From: Eledone cirrhosa
Taxonomy: Eukaryota
NCBI GenBank assembly: GCA_964016885.1
Contig: OZ024743.1
Span: forward strand, 17,174,001-17,238,000
Direction: 5' to 3'
Length of the DNA: 64,000 nucleotides
Below, in pieces: positions 40,965 to 54,869 of this stretch; the stretch's first letter is position 1, and every line of letters begins with the position of its first letter. Made by a program: the position numbers and the translations under genes. Under the pieces are notes generated by a model, which saw nothing but the letters and a program-made list of their open reading frames with translations, did not search any database and was not told the DNA's origin.

Positions 40965-43900
40965 GCAATAATAATAATAACGACAACAACAATAATAATA
41001 TAAATATTCATATATATATACACACACACGCACGCACATAAGCATATCTACACACACACACACACGATAGCAACTAACAGTGCTGCGATCGAATGTGGAT
41101 TTTTAGCCCAGCCAATGATATAAATGTCTTGCACAGAGTCGGCAACCAAAACATCCACTGGGAATAGTCGGCTGTGGTTGGAGTTCGTGTACTTTTGCAT
41201 GTCGCTTGAGCCCTCCTGCTGATTTACATTCTCTACCACATGTTTGGCAAGCATGATGAGTAGCATCTCCAACAGCAGCCTGGTAGTCAACCACTGGTCT
41301 TACTTTATGACTGCGAAGATGACTTTCGAGTCCAGCTTTGCTTAGGCAGAGTCTCGCACAGACGCTGCATGTCAGCACCATAGGAGGACCCTCGCCGTCT
41401 GGAAGTACAACAGCAATGCCCTTCCTCACATCCCGCTTTACTTTCTCGTGTGCGATTCGAGATGCCTCAAAGGCAACTTTTCCCTAATATACAGTCTTTC
41501 TCCATTTATTACGATCAGCAGCAATATTTTCCCATGTATCAGCAGAGATGTTAGCGTCTTTCAGAGAGGCTTTCAAGGAATCCTTATACCTCTTTTTTGG
41601 TTATGTGTCGGTCGTTTTCGTTTAACCAACTCTCCATAGAAGAGTTGTTTTGGTATTCTAGAATCCTTCATCCTTGCAAGGTGACCACTCGAACGGAGTC
41701 GTTGCTTTTGAGCACAAGAGCTTCTATACTGTCACACATAGAGCTTTCCAAAATCTCGACATCAATGATGTGGTCCCTCCAGTGAACGCCATGGATCCGT
41801 CTGAGACACATCTGATGGAAACGCTCCAATTGCTTAAGGTGGCGTCGATATGTGACCCAGGTCTCGCAGGCATAAAGAAGACAAGAGAGTACACATGCCC
41901 TGTACACCTTTACCTTTGTCCTCCTGCATATGTCTCGCCGACCCCAGAGTCGCCTTTCTAGCTTTCCGAAAGCATCACTTGCTTTCCTAATCCTAAGTGA
42001 GATTTCACTGTCAAGGTTGCCGTATCGATTGACAGTGCTTCCCAGGTAGACAAACTGATCAACCACTCCAAGTCGTTTGCCATACACATAGATGTTTGGT
42101 TCAGTGTACTGCTTACTAGGGGCAGGTTGGTACATGACGACGGTTTTCTTGAGACTGACAGTCAAACCCAGGGCAGTGCAAGCGTCAGAAAATGCATTCA
42201 ATATGTGGTGCATATCACTCTCTGTGTGCGCTACAAGATCGCAATCCTCTGCATACAAGAGGTCTCTTATGATTGATGTAAATACTTTTGTCTTCGCAGC
42301 AAAGCGCCTGATGTTAAATATGCTGCCTGAGGTTCGATATCAGATGTAAACACCATGCTCGCAATTCCTGAATGCAATACATAAAACCATTGCAAAGTAT
42401 ATGGCAAACAGAGTCGGTGCTGGAATATCCCCGTTTCACTCCATTTTTTACTGAGATAGGCTCCGACATGTTACCTCCGACATTAACCCAAGCCTTCATG
42501 TCGCCATGGAAAGACCTAACTAAAGCAAGGAACTTATCAGGGCAACCAATTTTCTGGAGAACCTTCCATAATGCATCTCTGTTGACAGTATCGAAAGTCT
42601 TTGTCAGATCGACAAAAACCTGATACAGATCCAAGCCTTGTTCAATGCACTTCTCCTGGAGCTGTCTAGCTGAGAAGATCATATCAGTAGTGCCACGTCC
42701 AGTACGAAAACCAGATTGACTTTCAGGAAGAACACAATTTGCAATGTGTGTCAGCAGACGGTCCAGAAGCACCCTACATAAAACTTTCCCTACGACAGAA
42801 AACAATGATATACCTCTGTAGTTCCCACAATCATTCCTGTTGCCCTTTCCCTTGTACAAGACCACCATTACTGCATCTCTCCAGTCCTCAGGCACGGATT
42901 CATTAGCCCATATCCTTCCAAACAAAGAGTGAAGATGTTGCAGGAGTCTTTCACCACCATATTGTAGGAGCTCAGCATGTATGCCATCCATACCTGGAGA
43001 TCTTCCACTGTTCAGCTTCGAAATAGCCACTGCAACCTCCACAAGAGTCGGAGGTTCTGCGAGAGCTACTTTCACAGGACTCTCTGGAATGAGATCGAAG
43101 AAATCTTCACTGACGACAGACGGCTGATTCAAAAGATCATCAAAGTGCTCTCGCCACCTTCGTAGAATTCCCTGTGAGTCACGAAGAAGTTCTTTGCCAT
43201 CCTTGCTGCGAAGCGGTGTCACCAGAGAAGAAGACGGTCCATAAACCTCACGCAAGAGACTGTACAACAGCTTTGTGTTATTGGAATCAGACGCAGTTTG
43301 TATCTCACCAGCCTTCTCACTCCACCACTGATCCTTCATCTGAGAAAGACTCCGCCTAACACGTGATTTTACATCCCTGAGCTCCTCATGCAACGTATTC
43401 CTCTCCTGTGGTTTTGCCGTCAAGTAGCGTGACAGAGCACGCCTCTTATCAGCCAACAAGTCCTCTATATGTACATCATTCTCATTAAACCAGTCCTGAT
43501 GTTTTCTCTGCACCAATCCCAGAACACGCCTGCCTACATCATAAACCGACTTTTTAAGGGTCGGCCAATCCTCACCAAGATCTGCAGCCTGCATCTCTTC
43601 TTCCAATGTCCTCTTCACATTTTTATCCTTAAGACGAGCAGCATTCAATCATTTGGGCAGGGTAACTAACACCAGGAGCCCGGATTTTAGGTTTGGTGAT
43701 TAGTTTCACTTTTGCGCATACCAGGCGGTGGTCCGTCCAGCACTCAGCTCCACGAAGAACACGAACACACTGCACATCCTGTCTGTCAAGCATCCTGACT
43801 AGGACGTAGTCCAAAAGATGCCATTCCTTAGATGCAGGATGCATCCATGTGGTCTTGAATTTGTTCTTTTGTTGGAACATGGTGTTGGTAACACACAGAT

Positions 43901-45176
43901 CCAGCTCCTCACACATCTGCAGCAGGAGCATACCATTGCTGTTACACTTTCCCACCCCATGCCTTCTGATTACATTCCATGTGTTAAAATCCCTACCCAC
44001 TCTAGCATTAAAGTCGCCAAGCACGATGACTTTGTCTGCCTGAGGGATATTTCTTAGAACACCTTTCAAGGCATGGTAAAAGGACAGTTTTTCTTCATCG
44101 ACAGAATTCATAGTTGGAGCATACACACTCACCAGGGTAGCATATCTTCCCTTGTCCAGCGGAACTCTCATGGACATAAGACGCTCACTAATCCCTAATG
44201 GGAATTCTTCTAATTTATTCACAAGTACAGTCTTAACAGCAAATCCAACCCCAGCCTCTCTTCTGGTTCCTTCATCTCTTCCTTTCCAGAAGAATGTATA
44301 TTCTCCATAAAATTCCGTAAGATGACCATCTCCAGCTAACCTCGTCTCAGATAAAGCCACGATGTCAAGATCGTAACGTCGAAGCTCCTTTGCAACAAGA
44401 GCGGTCCTCCGTTCAGGACGCTCCAAAGAATCCCTGTCAAGCAGCGTCCGTACGTTCCAGCAGCCAAGACTAAATGCCCTGTTTGGCTCTATTACAATGG
44501 CACGATGACGAGCGGGCCCAGGCTGTGATAACTTGGGGCCCCTGCCCTTATTGCCAATGATCTTTTTTGTTCCAGAACCTAAATTGCCAATTATCTCTTT
44601 TACATTGTTCTGGAACATCATTGAATTGGAAAAAAAAAAAAAAAAAAGTAATAATAATAGTAATAATAATTGTTTCTACGTTTGGCACAAGGCCAGCAAT
44701 TACCCAGTGCATTACTGGTACTTTATTTTATCGACCCCGTAAGGATGAAAGGCAAAGTTAACCTCGACGGGATTTGAACTCAGATCGTAAAGGGACGTAA
44801 CTATGCTGGAAAGCATGGCGTCCGACCTTCTACCGATACTGCCAAATCACCGAATAATAATATTAATAATAGTACACTATTAATAATTATTAATGCACTC
44901 GTGCAATGCCTGTGCGTGACGAATATTTTTAAAGTGAGGAAAGACTGTGCACTGAGCCAATCCCACTCTCTGAGCGACAGTAGCTATAACCCGAAAAGAA
45001 GAAAAGATCAACATCATCGGTAACTACTGAGCCGCAGGTTTTATATCGAAGTTAACCCAGTTTCCTGAGATGCCTTCTCCTAGAAGAATGCCCTGACAAG
45101 GGCTAGGGGTTCTTAACTCCCAGTGGTTTAACTGCGCGATCGGGCATCCAGCCCGATTATTTCTATGTCCCCGCGC
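40692..45176 (-). mobile_element. Near full-length RTE (RTE-1/BovB-like) LINE, frameshifted; APE + RT + C-terminal C2H2 fingers
   Basis: WNVRTLLD..PERRTALVAKEL, SETRL, GDFNARVG, TDHRLV; NYRGISL, ESQSGFR, FVDLTKTFDTV, YAEDCDL, YLGS; CxxC..HxxxH fingers at 41100-41375. UTR limits are approximate. Confidence 0.9.
44665..44852 (-). mobile_element. tRNA-derived SINE inserted upstream of the RTE ORF
   Basis: A/B boxes and core as in 15910-16094; flanked by AATAATAATA(G/T)TAATAAT. Confidence 0.9.
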
Positions 45177-45303
45177 AAAAAAAAAAAAAAAATCACTTAT
45201 TGACACTGATACGTACGACATACACACACACGCATACATATGCGCGCACACAACAACACTCATACATACAAACAAACACACACAGACGCTACTCTACTCA
45301 CTT

Positions 45304-45337
<34 letters not shown>

Positions 45338-46075
45338 TACCGTCATTACTGATACAAGATTACAAGATTATGTCAACTGTCGACTTTCAAGAGTTTGTAT
45401 AGTTTAAGCCGATCGTATTACAGTCCAGTATTACTATAATTGCTTTACAGCATAGAGTTATGGCTTTCCACGGAGTCAACAAAAGAGAGTACCAGTGATG
45501 CGCTGGACAGTCGCTGGATCCGTGCCAAAAGCAGAAAAAATTCTTAAAGTTGTTTTCTTAACGCCCGGTCGCTGGTGATGGTGATGGCGGCGGCGGTGGG
45601 GGTGGTGGTGGCAGTTGATGTTGTTGTTGTGTTGTGTGTGTGTGTGTGTTTTGTTATTTTGAGTTGTTTTTTTTTCCCTTCCCCTTTTCTTTTCTTTTCT
45701 TTTCCCTTCCTTTTTTTGTTTTGATGCCGCTGTTGTTGTTGTTGTAAATGTTCATTTCAGTTCATTCTGAAGCTGTTGTTGCTGTAAACATTAGTGCCGG
45801 TGTTGTTGTTGTTGTAGATGTTGGGGTTGAAATCTGGTCGTTTGACTGAGTGATGTATATACACACATATACATACACACACATATATATATAGACATTC
45901 AACATAGAGTAGAGAGTTTGACAACAGGTCGATGACTTTAGTCTAGATAGGGTATGGTATGGTAATGACATGTGATGGTGGGGAGAGATGTAGACGTTAT
46001 TGTGGTGGTGGGGACAGTGAGATGTATCTATCTATATACACACATACATACACATACATATATATACACACACAT

Positions 46076-46109
<34 letters not shown>

Positions 46110-46435
46110 ATACATACATACACACACACACACATATACACATATATATATATATATATATATATAAAATAAAAATAAAGATAATAATGACAAAAATAAA
46201 AGCAAAGAAGGTGGTGAGAAGGAAGAAAAGAAAAGATACCCAACAAGGGGGAAGGAAGGAAGAAAACGAAGAAATAGAAGAGGAATGAGGGAGAAGGGGG
46301 GATATATGTATTGGTTTTATGGGTAATTAAAGGGTCTAGATATAAGAGGGTATAAAGACTAAGTATATGCAGTTTGTCAGTTGGTAGTAAGAGGTTAAGT
46401 GTTCGATTTGTAGTGCGAACATTTCTCTTTGAGTC

Positions 46436-46538
<103 letters not shown>

Positions 46539-47221
46539 AAGTTAATTTGTATTCCAATGTTACTAAGTAGTTGCATTGGATGTAGTCAACTGACGTCAGA
46601 GATTGCTCAACGTATAATAAAGTGTGTTTTAAAATCCGGAGAAATTATGGAGAAAAAATTTACGAAATGGAAATGCGGGTATATAGAATTTATTATGTAA
46701 CAATTGTTTCTATAGTGTATGAGTTACCTATACCTCGCTACTTGAATAATACACAAATATTATCAAAAACCGAAAGTACACTGTAAGCCAACACACCATG
46801 TCGTCAGACCTTTGTATTAGAATGATATGAAAATATTTTATACACTAGATAAAAGATAAAGAAGGAGGTAGGAAGAAAAGGGGAAGAGGGAAGTGAGTAA
46901 GGTGGAGGGAGTCTTAGGGTTTAAGACTGTCAGACTAGTAGAGATTGTGAAGAGAGAATGTTTTGGCAGCAGTTAGCTAAATGAGGCGTGCTAAGGGTGG
47001 CTGGGAAGTAGATTCTTCTAGTGGTGTTGTTCGGACAAAATTTAGTTAGAGGGGTCAAAGTAGTACAGTGTCACAGACAAGTTATTAGGGCTATTATAGT
47101 AGCAGGTTATTTCTAAAGGGGTCCAGAAAAACAGTGTTTAGTACTATTATTATAGAAAGCCATATCTAGTGTATAAACATATAAGACAGAAATTTGCAAA
47201 CGTTGGTGTAAAAAGGTAACA

Positions 47222-49504
47222 TTATATGCATTTAAAAAAAGAAAAAGTCGTTTTCAAACGATGGTTACAATATAGAGAACGTTCAATTTTGCTGTTCAAA
47301 AGTTTGTTTACCGACGTTAAAATGCAGTATATCTCTAAATTGCATAACTTGCAGAATCGATGATTTTGCTGATATGCAGGCGCAGCTGCAATAATTTGCC
47401 AATCAAGGGAGAACGCTTGATTGTTCCTCCGAAGCTGCCAGGCTTTATCAGCGAGGGTTGTTACGGAGCGCATTTTCTCGTGCCTGATCGAAGATCGATG
47501 TTGGTATAGGCGAGCCTTGAAAGAAGTTGCGGTACATCCGACGTAATACCATTTGTTGGTCCCGGAATTTATTGTACACCGGTAGACAATATTGCGTGCT
47601 AGGCACTGGTTATTCAGTCGGCACGTACCTGGTTTGGTGCAGTTACAACTATTTTTATGTTTTGCAGTAGAATCCTGGATAGTTTGGTGGGGTTGTGGTT
47701 GCGTGTTAGTGCGTTGTATGTTGCTATGCTGGTGCGCTGAGTCATTAGGGATGTACTTATTCAGTATTGCTGAGTTGAGTTTTCTAATTAGTTGTTCTAT
47801 GTTAGGTGCAGTGGAGTATGAGAGTCTAATGGTGCGCGAGTTAAAGATTTTATAGTATTTATGTGAAGTTGTAAAGTGTTTATTGATTAGTGTATAGAAT
47901 TGTGAGATAATCTTAGTGCTAATAGAAGAATTGTACACGGGGTTATACCATATGTACTCTCTACGTCTGACTCTATTTGCTGGTTTGCACCTGTTAGTAT
48001 GCCTATTGATGTGTGTGTGTGGTGCAATACTAGTTCGACTTAGATGTGTTTTATTCATAGTACTTATGTGGTTATCGTCTAGATATTCAATTTTCTCGCA
48101 GTAACCAGCTTTTCTAAGTGCGTCATTATAATATTCAGCATGCTCGTTGAAGGTCTGCAAATTAGACGACAGTCGGGAGATCCTTATGGATATATTTTTA
48201 GGGATAGATTTAATAATGGGATGAGGATGGTTCGATTTTACATTAACGTACTTAAGATTTTCATTAAGTTTGTGAAATGGCTCTATATTACCGTTATTAA
48301 GGTTGAAGGTGACATCCAAGAAGTTGACCACCTTTAGATTGTGTTCAAAGGTAATATTAAGCCCTAGTTCTAAGAAAAGTTTCCTAATGTTTTTACGTCG
48401 CCTTTCTAGGTTTTGTTTGTTCATATTCTTGACTAATAGAAGTGTATCGTCGCGGTATATTCCGCCGTGGAGGTCCGTAAATTCGCTCTGGAGTCTATGG
48501 GCTATATAGATCCCAACCAAATCGGTGACCTCCGCCGAATCATTAGAACCCATCGTAATGTCGAATTCCGCGGGTCTATCCCTGCGGACCCAATAACTAT
48601 TTTCAAAGTGCACTACTGTGCGTCTAGCTTCAAGTATAATATTAATTTCCTCGTTTGTGAGGTCCGAGTTAGTCCTAGCGAAAGAGAGGGCCTTATGCGG
48701 GGTTTCAGGTGAAATAGAGGAATAGTATTCATCTATATCGAATTGAATAAAAGAAGATTTGTTTTTGTCCCTAATGTTATTGAACCATCTTATTGACTGA
48801 TGAGTATTACCCCATAATTTAATATCTACCTTAGCCTTAACTTGGGGGATAATACGATCTAATATGTACTTACTAATCCTACCTATATCGGACTTTGAAG
48901 GACATATTAATCTAATTTTAGGGTTAGTATCGAAGTTATCCTTATGGTCCTTCAGATTAAAAGTCGGTGTAGCTGGGGATAGGGGTACTGTTCTGTCGTC
49001 AATTTTCAGTTTCCTAACAATATCACATGCTGCGTTATTAATGTTGGTTAGTGTAGTTGCGTTTGTTTTTTTGTACTTCCTATGTAATTCCTTACGTATA
49101 AAATTGTTATATGTTTCTACATCCAGGGTGTATAGATTCGAAGTTTTGTCTGCCTTTATGATAATTCCTTTGGTATTCCTTAGGTTGTTGAGTAGAGTTT
49201 TAATATCTCGTTGCAGTTCGTTTTTCCTTCCGTTTGTAAATTTGATTCCGGTTATCATTTTCATTAAGTCCTGTTCGAAAGAATCCAAAAGAGGGTTAGA
49301 GGGTGGGTTTTTGTAGGAGTTGAAACCAAACTTCTCGTTGTTGGTGTCCGAAGTTTGTGTAATTCTTTTCCTATCGAAGTGGAAGGCCTTCCATCTAATC
49401 CGCCGAATAAATTCGTTGGTCCTTTGTATCATACCAAGAATGTAATCCTTTTTACCCTGAATTGGTATGTTTTTTAAGGACATACCACAATGATGTTTCT
49501 CCAT
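47222..49504 (-). CDS. Penelope-like reverse transcriptase / GIY-YIG endonuclease, 760 aa, uninterrupted
   Basis: SLKNIP N-terminus, KADKT, QFDIDEYYSSI, ITMGSNDS, GIYRDD, NFLDVTF, WYNP, CNC..GTCRL..QC, NIVY...YYVG, CKLC, CNH. Confidence 0.93.
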   Translation of the reverse strand: MEKHHCGMSLKNIPIQGKKDYILGMIQRTNEFIRRIRWKAFHFDRKRITQTSDTNNEKFGFNSYKNPPSNPLLDSFEQDLMKMITGIKFTNGRKNELQRDIKTLLNNLRNTKGIIIKADKTSNLYTLDVETYNNFIRKELHRKYKKTNATTLTNINNAACDIVRKLKIDDRTVPLSPATPTFNLKDHKDNFDTNPKIRLICPSKSDIGRISKYILDRIIPQVKAKVDIKLWGNTHQSIRWFNNIRDKNKSSFIQFDIDEYYSSISPETPHKALSFARTNSDLTNEEINIILEARRTVVHFENSYWVRRDRPAEFDITMGSNDSAEVTDLVGIYIAHRLQSEFTDLHGGIYRDDTLLLVKNMNKQNLERRRKNIRKLFLELGLNITFEHNLKVVNFLDVTFNLNNGNIEPFHKLNENLKYVNVKSNHPHPIIKSIPKNISIRISRLSSNLQTFNEHAEYYNDALRKAGYCEKIEYLDDNHISTMNKTHLSRTSIAPHTHINRHTNRCKPANRVRRREYIWYNPVYNSSISTKIISQFYTLINKHFTTSHKYYKIFNSRTIRLSYSTAPNIEQLIRKLNSAILNKYIPNDSAHQHSNIQRTNTQPQPHQTIQDSTAKHKNSCNCTKPGTCRLNNQCLARNIVYRCTINSGTNKWYYVGCTATSFKARLYQHRSSIRHEKMRSVTTLADKAWQLRRNNQAFSLDWQIIAAAPAYQQNHRFCKLCNLEIYCILTSVNKLLNSKIERSLYCNHRLKTTFSFFKCI

Positions 49505-49711
49505 TTCAAAGACGCGGGTTGATAGGTTGCTCGACTGTAAAGGAGTGTGAAGAATTAGTTAATTTGTATTCCAATGTTACTAAGTAGTTGCATTGGATGT
49601 ATTCAACTGACGTCAGAGATTGCTCAACGTATAATAAAGTGTGTTTTAAAATCCGGAGAAAATATGAAGAAAAAATTTACGAAATGGAAATGCGGGTATA
49701 TAGAATTTATT

Positions 49712-49828
49712 AGGTAACAATTGTTTCTATAGTGTATGAGTTACCTACACCTCGCTACTTGAATAATACACAAATATTATCAAAAACCGAAAGTACACTG
49801 TAAGCCAACACACCATGTCGTCAGACCT
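49712..49828 (-). ncRNA. pLTR hammerhead with 88-nt stem II, intact core
   Basis: Reverse complement of 54870-54986. The copies at 46695-46811 (stem I ACCT to ACAT) and 51853-51969 (core CTGATGG) are mutated. Confidence 0.72.
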
Positions 49829-50238
49829 TTGTATTAGAATGATATGAAAATATTTTATACACTAGATAAAAGATAAAGAAGGAGGTAGGAAGAAAAGGGG
49901 AAGAGGGAAGTGAGTAAGGTGGAGGGAGTCTTAGGGTTTAAGACTGTCAGACTAGTAGAGATTGTGAAGAGAGAATGTTTTGGCAGCAGTTAGCTTAATG
50001 AGGCGTGCTAAGGTTGGCTGGGAAGTAGATTCTTCTAGTGGTGTTGTTCGGACAAAATTTAGTTAGAGGGGTCAAAGTAGTACAGTGTCACAGACAAGTT
50101 ATTAGGGCTATTATAGTAGCAGGTTATTTCTAAAGGGGTCCAGAAAAACAGTGTTTAGTACTATTATTATAGAAAGCCATATCTAGTGTATAAACATATA
50201 AGACAGAAATTTGCAAACGTTGGTGTAAAAAGGTAACA

Positions 50239-51306
50239 TTATATGCATTTAAAAAAAGAAAAAGTCGTTTTCAAACGATGGTTACAATATAGAGAACGTT
50301 CAATTTTGCTGTTCAAAAGTTTGTTTACCGACGTTAAAATGCAGTATATCTCTAAATTGCATAACTTGCAGAATCGATGATTTTGCTGATATGCAGGCGC
50401 AGCTGCAATAATTTGCCAATCAAGGGAGAACGCTTGATTGTTCCTCCGAAGCTGCCAGGCTTTATCAGCGAGGGTTGTTACGGAGCGCATTTTCTCGTGC
50501 CTGATCGAAGATCGATGTTGGTATAGGCGAGCCTTGAAAGAAGTTGCGGTACATCCGACGTAATGCCATTTGTTGGTCCTGGAATTTATTGTACACCGGT
50601 AGACAATATTGCGTGCTAGGCACTGGTTATTCAGTCGGCACGTACCTGGTTTGGTGCAGTTACAACTATTTTTATGTTTTGCAGTAGAATCCTGGATAGT
50701 TTGGTGGGGTTGTGGTTGCGTGTTAGTGCGTTGTATGTTGCTATGCTGGTGCGCTGAGTCATTAGGGATGTACTTATTCAGTATTGCTGAGTTGAGTTTT
50801 CTAATTAGTTGTTCTATGTTAGGTGCAGTGGAGTATGAGAGTCTAATGGTGCGCGAGTTAAAGATTTTATAGTATTTATGTGAAGTTGTAAAGTGTTTAT
50901 TGATTAGTGAATAGAATTGTGAGATAATCTTAGTGCTAATAGAAGAATTGTACACGGGGTTATACCATATGTACTCTCTACGTCTGACTCTATTTGCTGG
51001 TTTGCACCTGTTAGTATGCCTATTGATGTGTGTGTGTGGTGCAATACTAGTTCGACTTAGATGTGTTTTATTCATAGTACTTATGTGGTTATCGTCTAGA
51101 TATTCAATTTTCTCGCAGTAACCAGCTTTTCTAAGTGCGTCATTATAATATTCAGCATGCTCGTTGAAGGTCTGCAAATTAGACGACAGTCGGGAGATCC
51201 TTATGGATATATTTTTAAGGATAGATTTAATAATGGAATGAGGATGGTTCGATTTTACATTAACGTACTTAAGATTTTCATTAAGTTTGTGAAATGGCTC
51301 TATATT
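50239..51306 (-). pseudogene. 5'-truncated second copy of the PLE ORF (thumb + endonuclease)
   Basis: Matches 47222-48289 and ends at the inversion junction. Confidence 0.9.
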
Positions 51307-52176
51307 ATTCTGCAAGTTATGCAATTTAGAGATATACTGCATTTTAACGTCGGTAAACAAACTTTTGAACAGCAAAATTGAACGTTCTCTATATTGTAAC
51401 CATCGTTTGAAAACGACTTTTTCTTTTTTTAAATGCATATAATGTTACCTTTTTACACCAACGTTTGCAAATTTCTGTCTTATATGTTTATACACTAGAT
51501 ATGGCTTTCTATAATAATAGTACTAAACACTGTTTTTCTGGACCCCTTTAGAAATAACCTGCTACTATAATAGCCCTAATAACTTGTCTGTGACACTGTA
51601 CTACTTTGACCCCTCTAACTAAATTTTGTCCGAACAACACCACTAGAAGAATCTACTTCCCAGCCAACCTTAGCACGCCTCATTAAGCTAACTGCTGCCA
51701 AAACATTCTCTCTTCACAATCTCTACTTGTCTGACAGTCTTAAAGCCTAAGACTCCCTCCACCTTACTCACTTCCCTCTTCCCCTTTTCTTCCTACCTCC
51801 TTCTTTATCTTTTATCTAGTGTATAAAATATTTTCATATCATTCTAATACAAAGGTCTGATGGCATGTTGTGTTGGCTTACAGTGTACTTTCGGTTTTTG
51901 ATAATATTTGTGTATTATTCAAGTAGCGAGGTATAGGTAACTCATACACTATAGAAACAATTGTTACCTAATAAATTCTATATACCCGCATTTCCATTTC
52001 GTAAATTTTTTCTCCATATTTTCTCCGGATTTTAAAACACACTTTATTATACGTTGAGCAATCTCTGACGTCAGTTGACTACATCCAATGCAACTACTTA
52101 GTAACATTGGAATACAAATTAACTAATTCTTCACACTCCTTTACAGTCGAGCAACCTATCAACCCGCGTCTTTGAA

Positions 52177-54461
52177 ATGGAAAAACATCATTGTGGTATG
52201 TCCTTAAAAAACATACCAATTCAGGGTAAAAAGGATTACATTCTTGGTATGATACAAAGGACCAACGAATTTATTCGGCGGATTAGATGGCAGGCCTTCC
52301 ACTTCGATAGGAAAAGAATTACACAAACTTCGGACACCAACAACGAGAAGTTTGGTTTCAACTCCTACAAAAACCCACCCTCTAACCCTCTTTTGGATTC
52401 TTTCGAACAGGACTTAATGAAAATGATAACCGGAATCAAATTTACAAACGGAAGGAAAAACGAACTGCAACGAGATATTAAAACTCTACTCAACAACCTA
52501 AGGAATACCAAAGGAATTATCATAAAGGCAGACAAAACTTCGAATCTATACACCCTGGATGTAGAAACATATAGCAATTTTATACGTAAGGAATTACATA
52601 GGAAGTACAAAAAAACAAACGCAACTACACTAACCAACATTAATAACGCAGCATGTGATATTAGGAAACTGAAATTTGACGACAGAACAGTACCCCTATC
52701 CCCAGCTACACCGACTTTTAATCTGAAGGACCATAAGGATAACTTCGATACTAACCCTAAAATTAGATTAATATGTCCTTCAAAGTCCGATATAGGTAGG
52801 ATTAGTAAGTACATATTAGATCGTATTATCCCCCAAGTTAAGGCTAAGGTAGATATTAAATTATGGTGTAATACTCATCAGTCAATAAGATGGTTCAATA
52901 ACATTAGGGACAAAAACAAATCTTCTTTTATTCAATTCGATATAGATGAATACTATTCCTCTATTTCACCTGAAACCCCGCATAAGGCCCTCTCTTTCGC
53001 TAGGACTAACTCGGACCTCACAAACGAGGAAATTAATATTATACTTGAAGCTAGACGCACAGTAGTGCACTTTGAAAATAGTTATTGTGTCCGCAGGGAT
53101 AGACCCTCGGAATTCGACATTACGATGGGTTCTAATGATTCGGCGGAGGTCACGGATTTGGTTGGGATCTATATAGCCCATAGACTCCAGAGCGAATTTA
53201 CGGACCTCCACGGCGGAATATACCGCGACGATACACTTCTATTAGTCAAGAATATGAACAAACAAAACCTAGAAAGGCGACGTAAAAACATTAGGAAACT
53301 TTTCTTAGAACTAGGGCTTAATATTACCTTTGAACACAATCTAAAGGTGGTCAACTTCTTGGATGTCACCTTCAACCTTAATAACGGTAATATAAAAAAG
53401 AGCCATTTCACAAACTTAATGAAAATCTTAAGTACGTTAATGTAAAATCGAACCATCCTCATCCCATTATTAAATCTATCCCTAAAAATATATCCATAAG
53501 GATCTCCCGACTGTCGTCTAATTTGCAGACCTTCAACGAGCATGCTGAATATTATAATGACGCACTTAGAAAAGCTGGTTACTGCGAGAAAATTGAATAT
53601 CTAGACGATAACCACATAAGTACTATGAATAAAACACATCTAAGTCGAACTAGTATTGCACCACACACACACATCAATAGGCATACTAACAGGTGCAAAC
53701 CAGCAAATAGAGTCAGACGTAGAGAGTACATATGGTATAACCCCGTGTACAATTCTTCTATTAGCACTAAGATTATCTCACAATTCTATACACTAATCAA
53801 TAAACACTTTACAACTTCACATAGATACTATAAAATCTTTAACTCGCGCACCATTAGACTCTCATACTCCACTGCACCTAACATAGAACAACTAATTAGA
53901 AAACTCAACTCAGCAATACTGAATAAGTACACCCCTAATGACTCAGCGCACCAGCATAGCAACATACAACGCACTAACACGCAACCACAACCCCACCAAA
54001 CTATCCAGGATTCTACTGCAAAACATAAAAATAGTTGTAACTGCACCAAACCAGGTACGTGCCGACTGAATAACCAGTGCCTAGCACGCAATATTGTCTA
54101 CCGGTGTACAATAAATTCCGGGACCAACACATGGTATTACGTCGGATGTACCGCAACTTCTTTCAAGGCTCGCCTATACCAACATCGATCTTCGATCAGG
54201 CACGAGAAAATGCCCTCCGTAACAACCCTCGCTGATAAAGCCTGGCAGCTTCGGAGGAACAATCAAGCGTTCTCCCTTGATTGGCAAATTATTGCAGCTG
54301 CGCCTGCATATCAGCAAAATCATCGATTCTGCAAGTTATGCAATTTAGAGATATACTGCATTTTAACGTCGGTAAACAAACTTTTGAACAGCAAAATTGA
54401 ACGTTCTCTATATTGTAACCATCGTTTGAAAACGACTTTTTCTTTTTTTAAATGCATATAA
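52177..54461 (+). pseudogene. Full-length PLE ORF copy with a frameshift at the A-run near 53395
   Basis: AATATAGAGCC became AATATAAAAAAGAGCC (+5 nt); one codon deleted near 52660; ORF split into 422 + 312 aa. Confidence 0.9.
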
Positions 54462-54869
54462 TGTTACCTTTTTACACCAACGTTTGCAAATTTCTGTCAT
54501 ATGTTTATACACTAGATATGGCTTTCTATAATAATAGTACTAAACACTGTTTTTCTGGACCCCTTTAGAAATAACCTGCTACTATAATAGCCCTAATAAC
54601 TTGTCTGTGACACTGTACTACTTTAACCCCTCTAACTAAATTTTGTTCGAACAACACCACTAGAAGAATCTACTTCCCAGCCAACCTTAGCACGCCTCAT
54701 TAAGCTAACTGCTGCCAAAACATTCTCTCTTCACAATCTCTACTAGTCTGACAGTCTTAAACCCTAAGACTCCCTCCACCTTACTCACTTCCCTCTTCCC
54801 CTTTTCTTCCTACCTCCTTCTTTATCTTTTATCTAGTGTATAAAATATTTTCATATCATTCTAATACAA

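Noticed and set aside
45000-45176. HDV-like ribozyme at the RTE 5' end
   Set aside because: Hairpins are present, but I could not build the nested double pseudoknot (no P3/L3/P1.1 match).
50239-51438. 399-aa ORF as a novel protein
   Set aside because: It is a chimera across the inversion junction: the first ~43 aa are the antisense of the ORF end and the rest is truncated PLE thumb + endonuclease.
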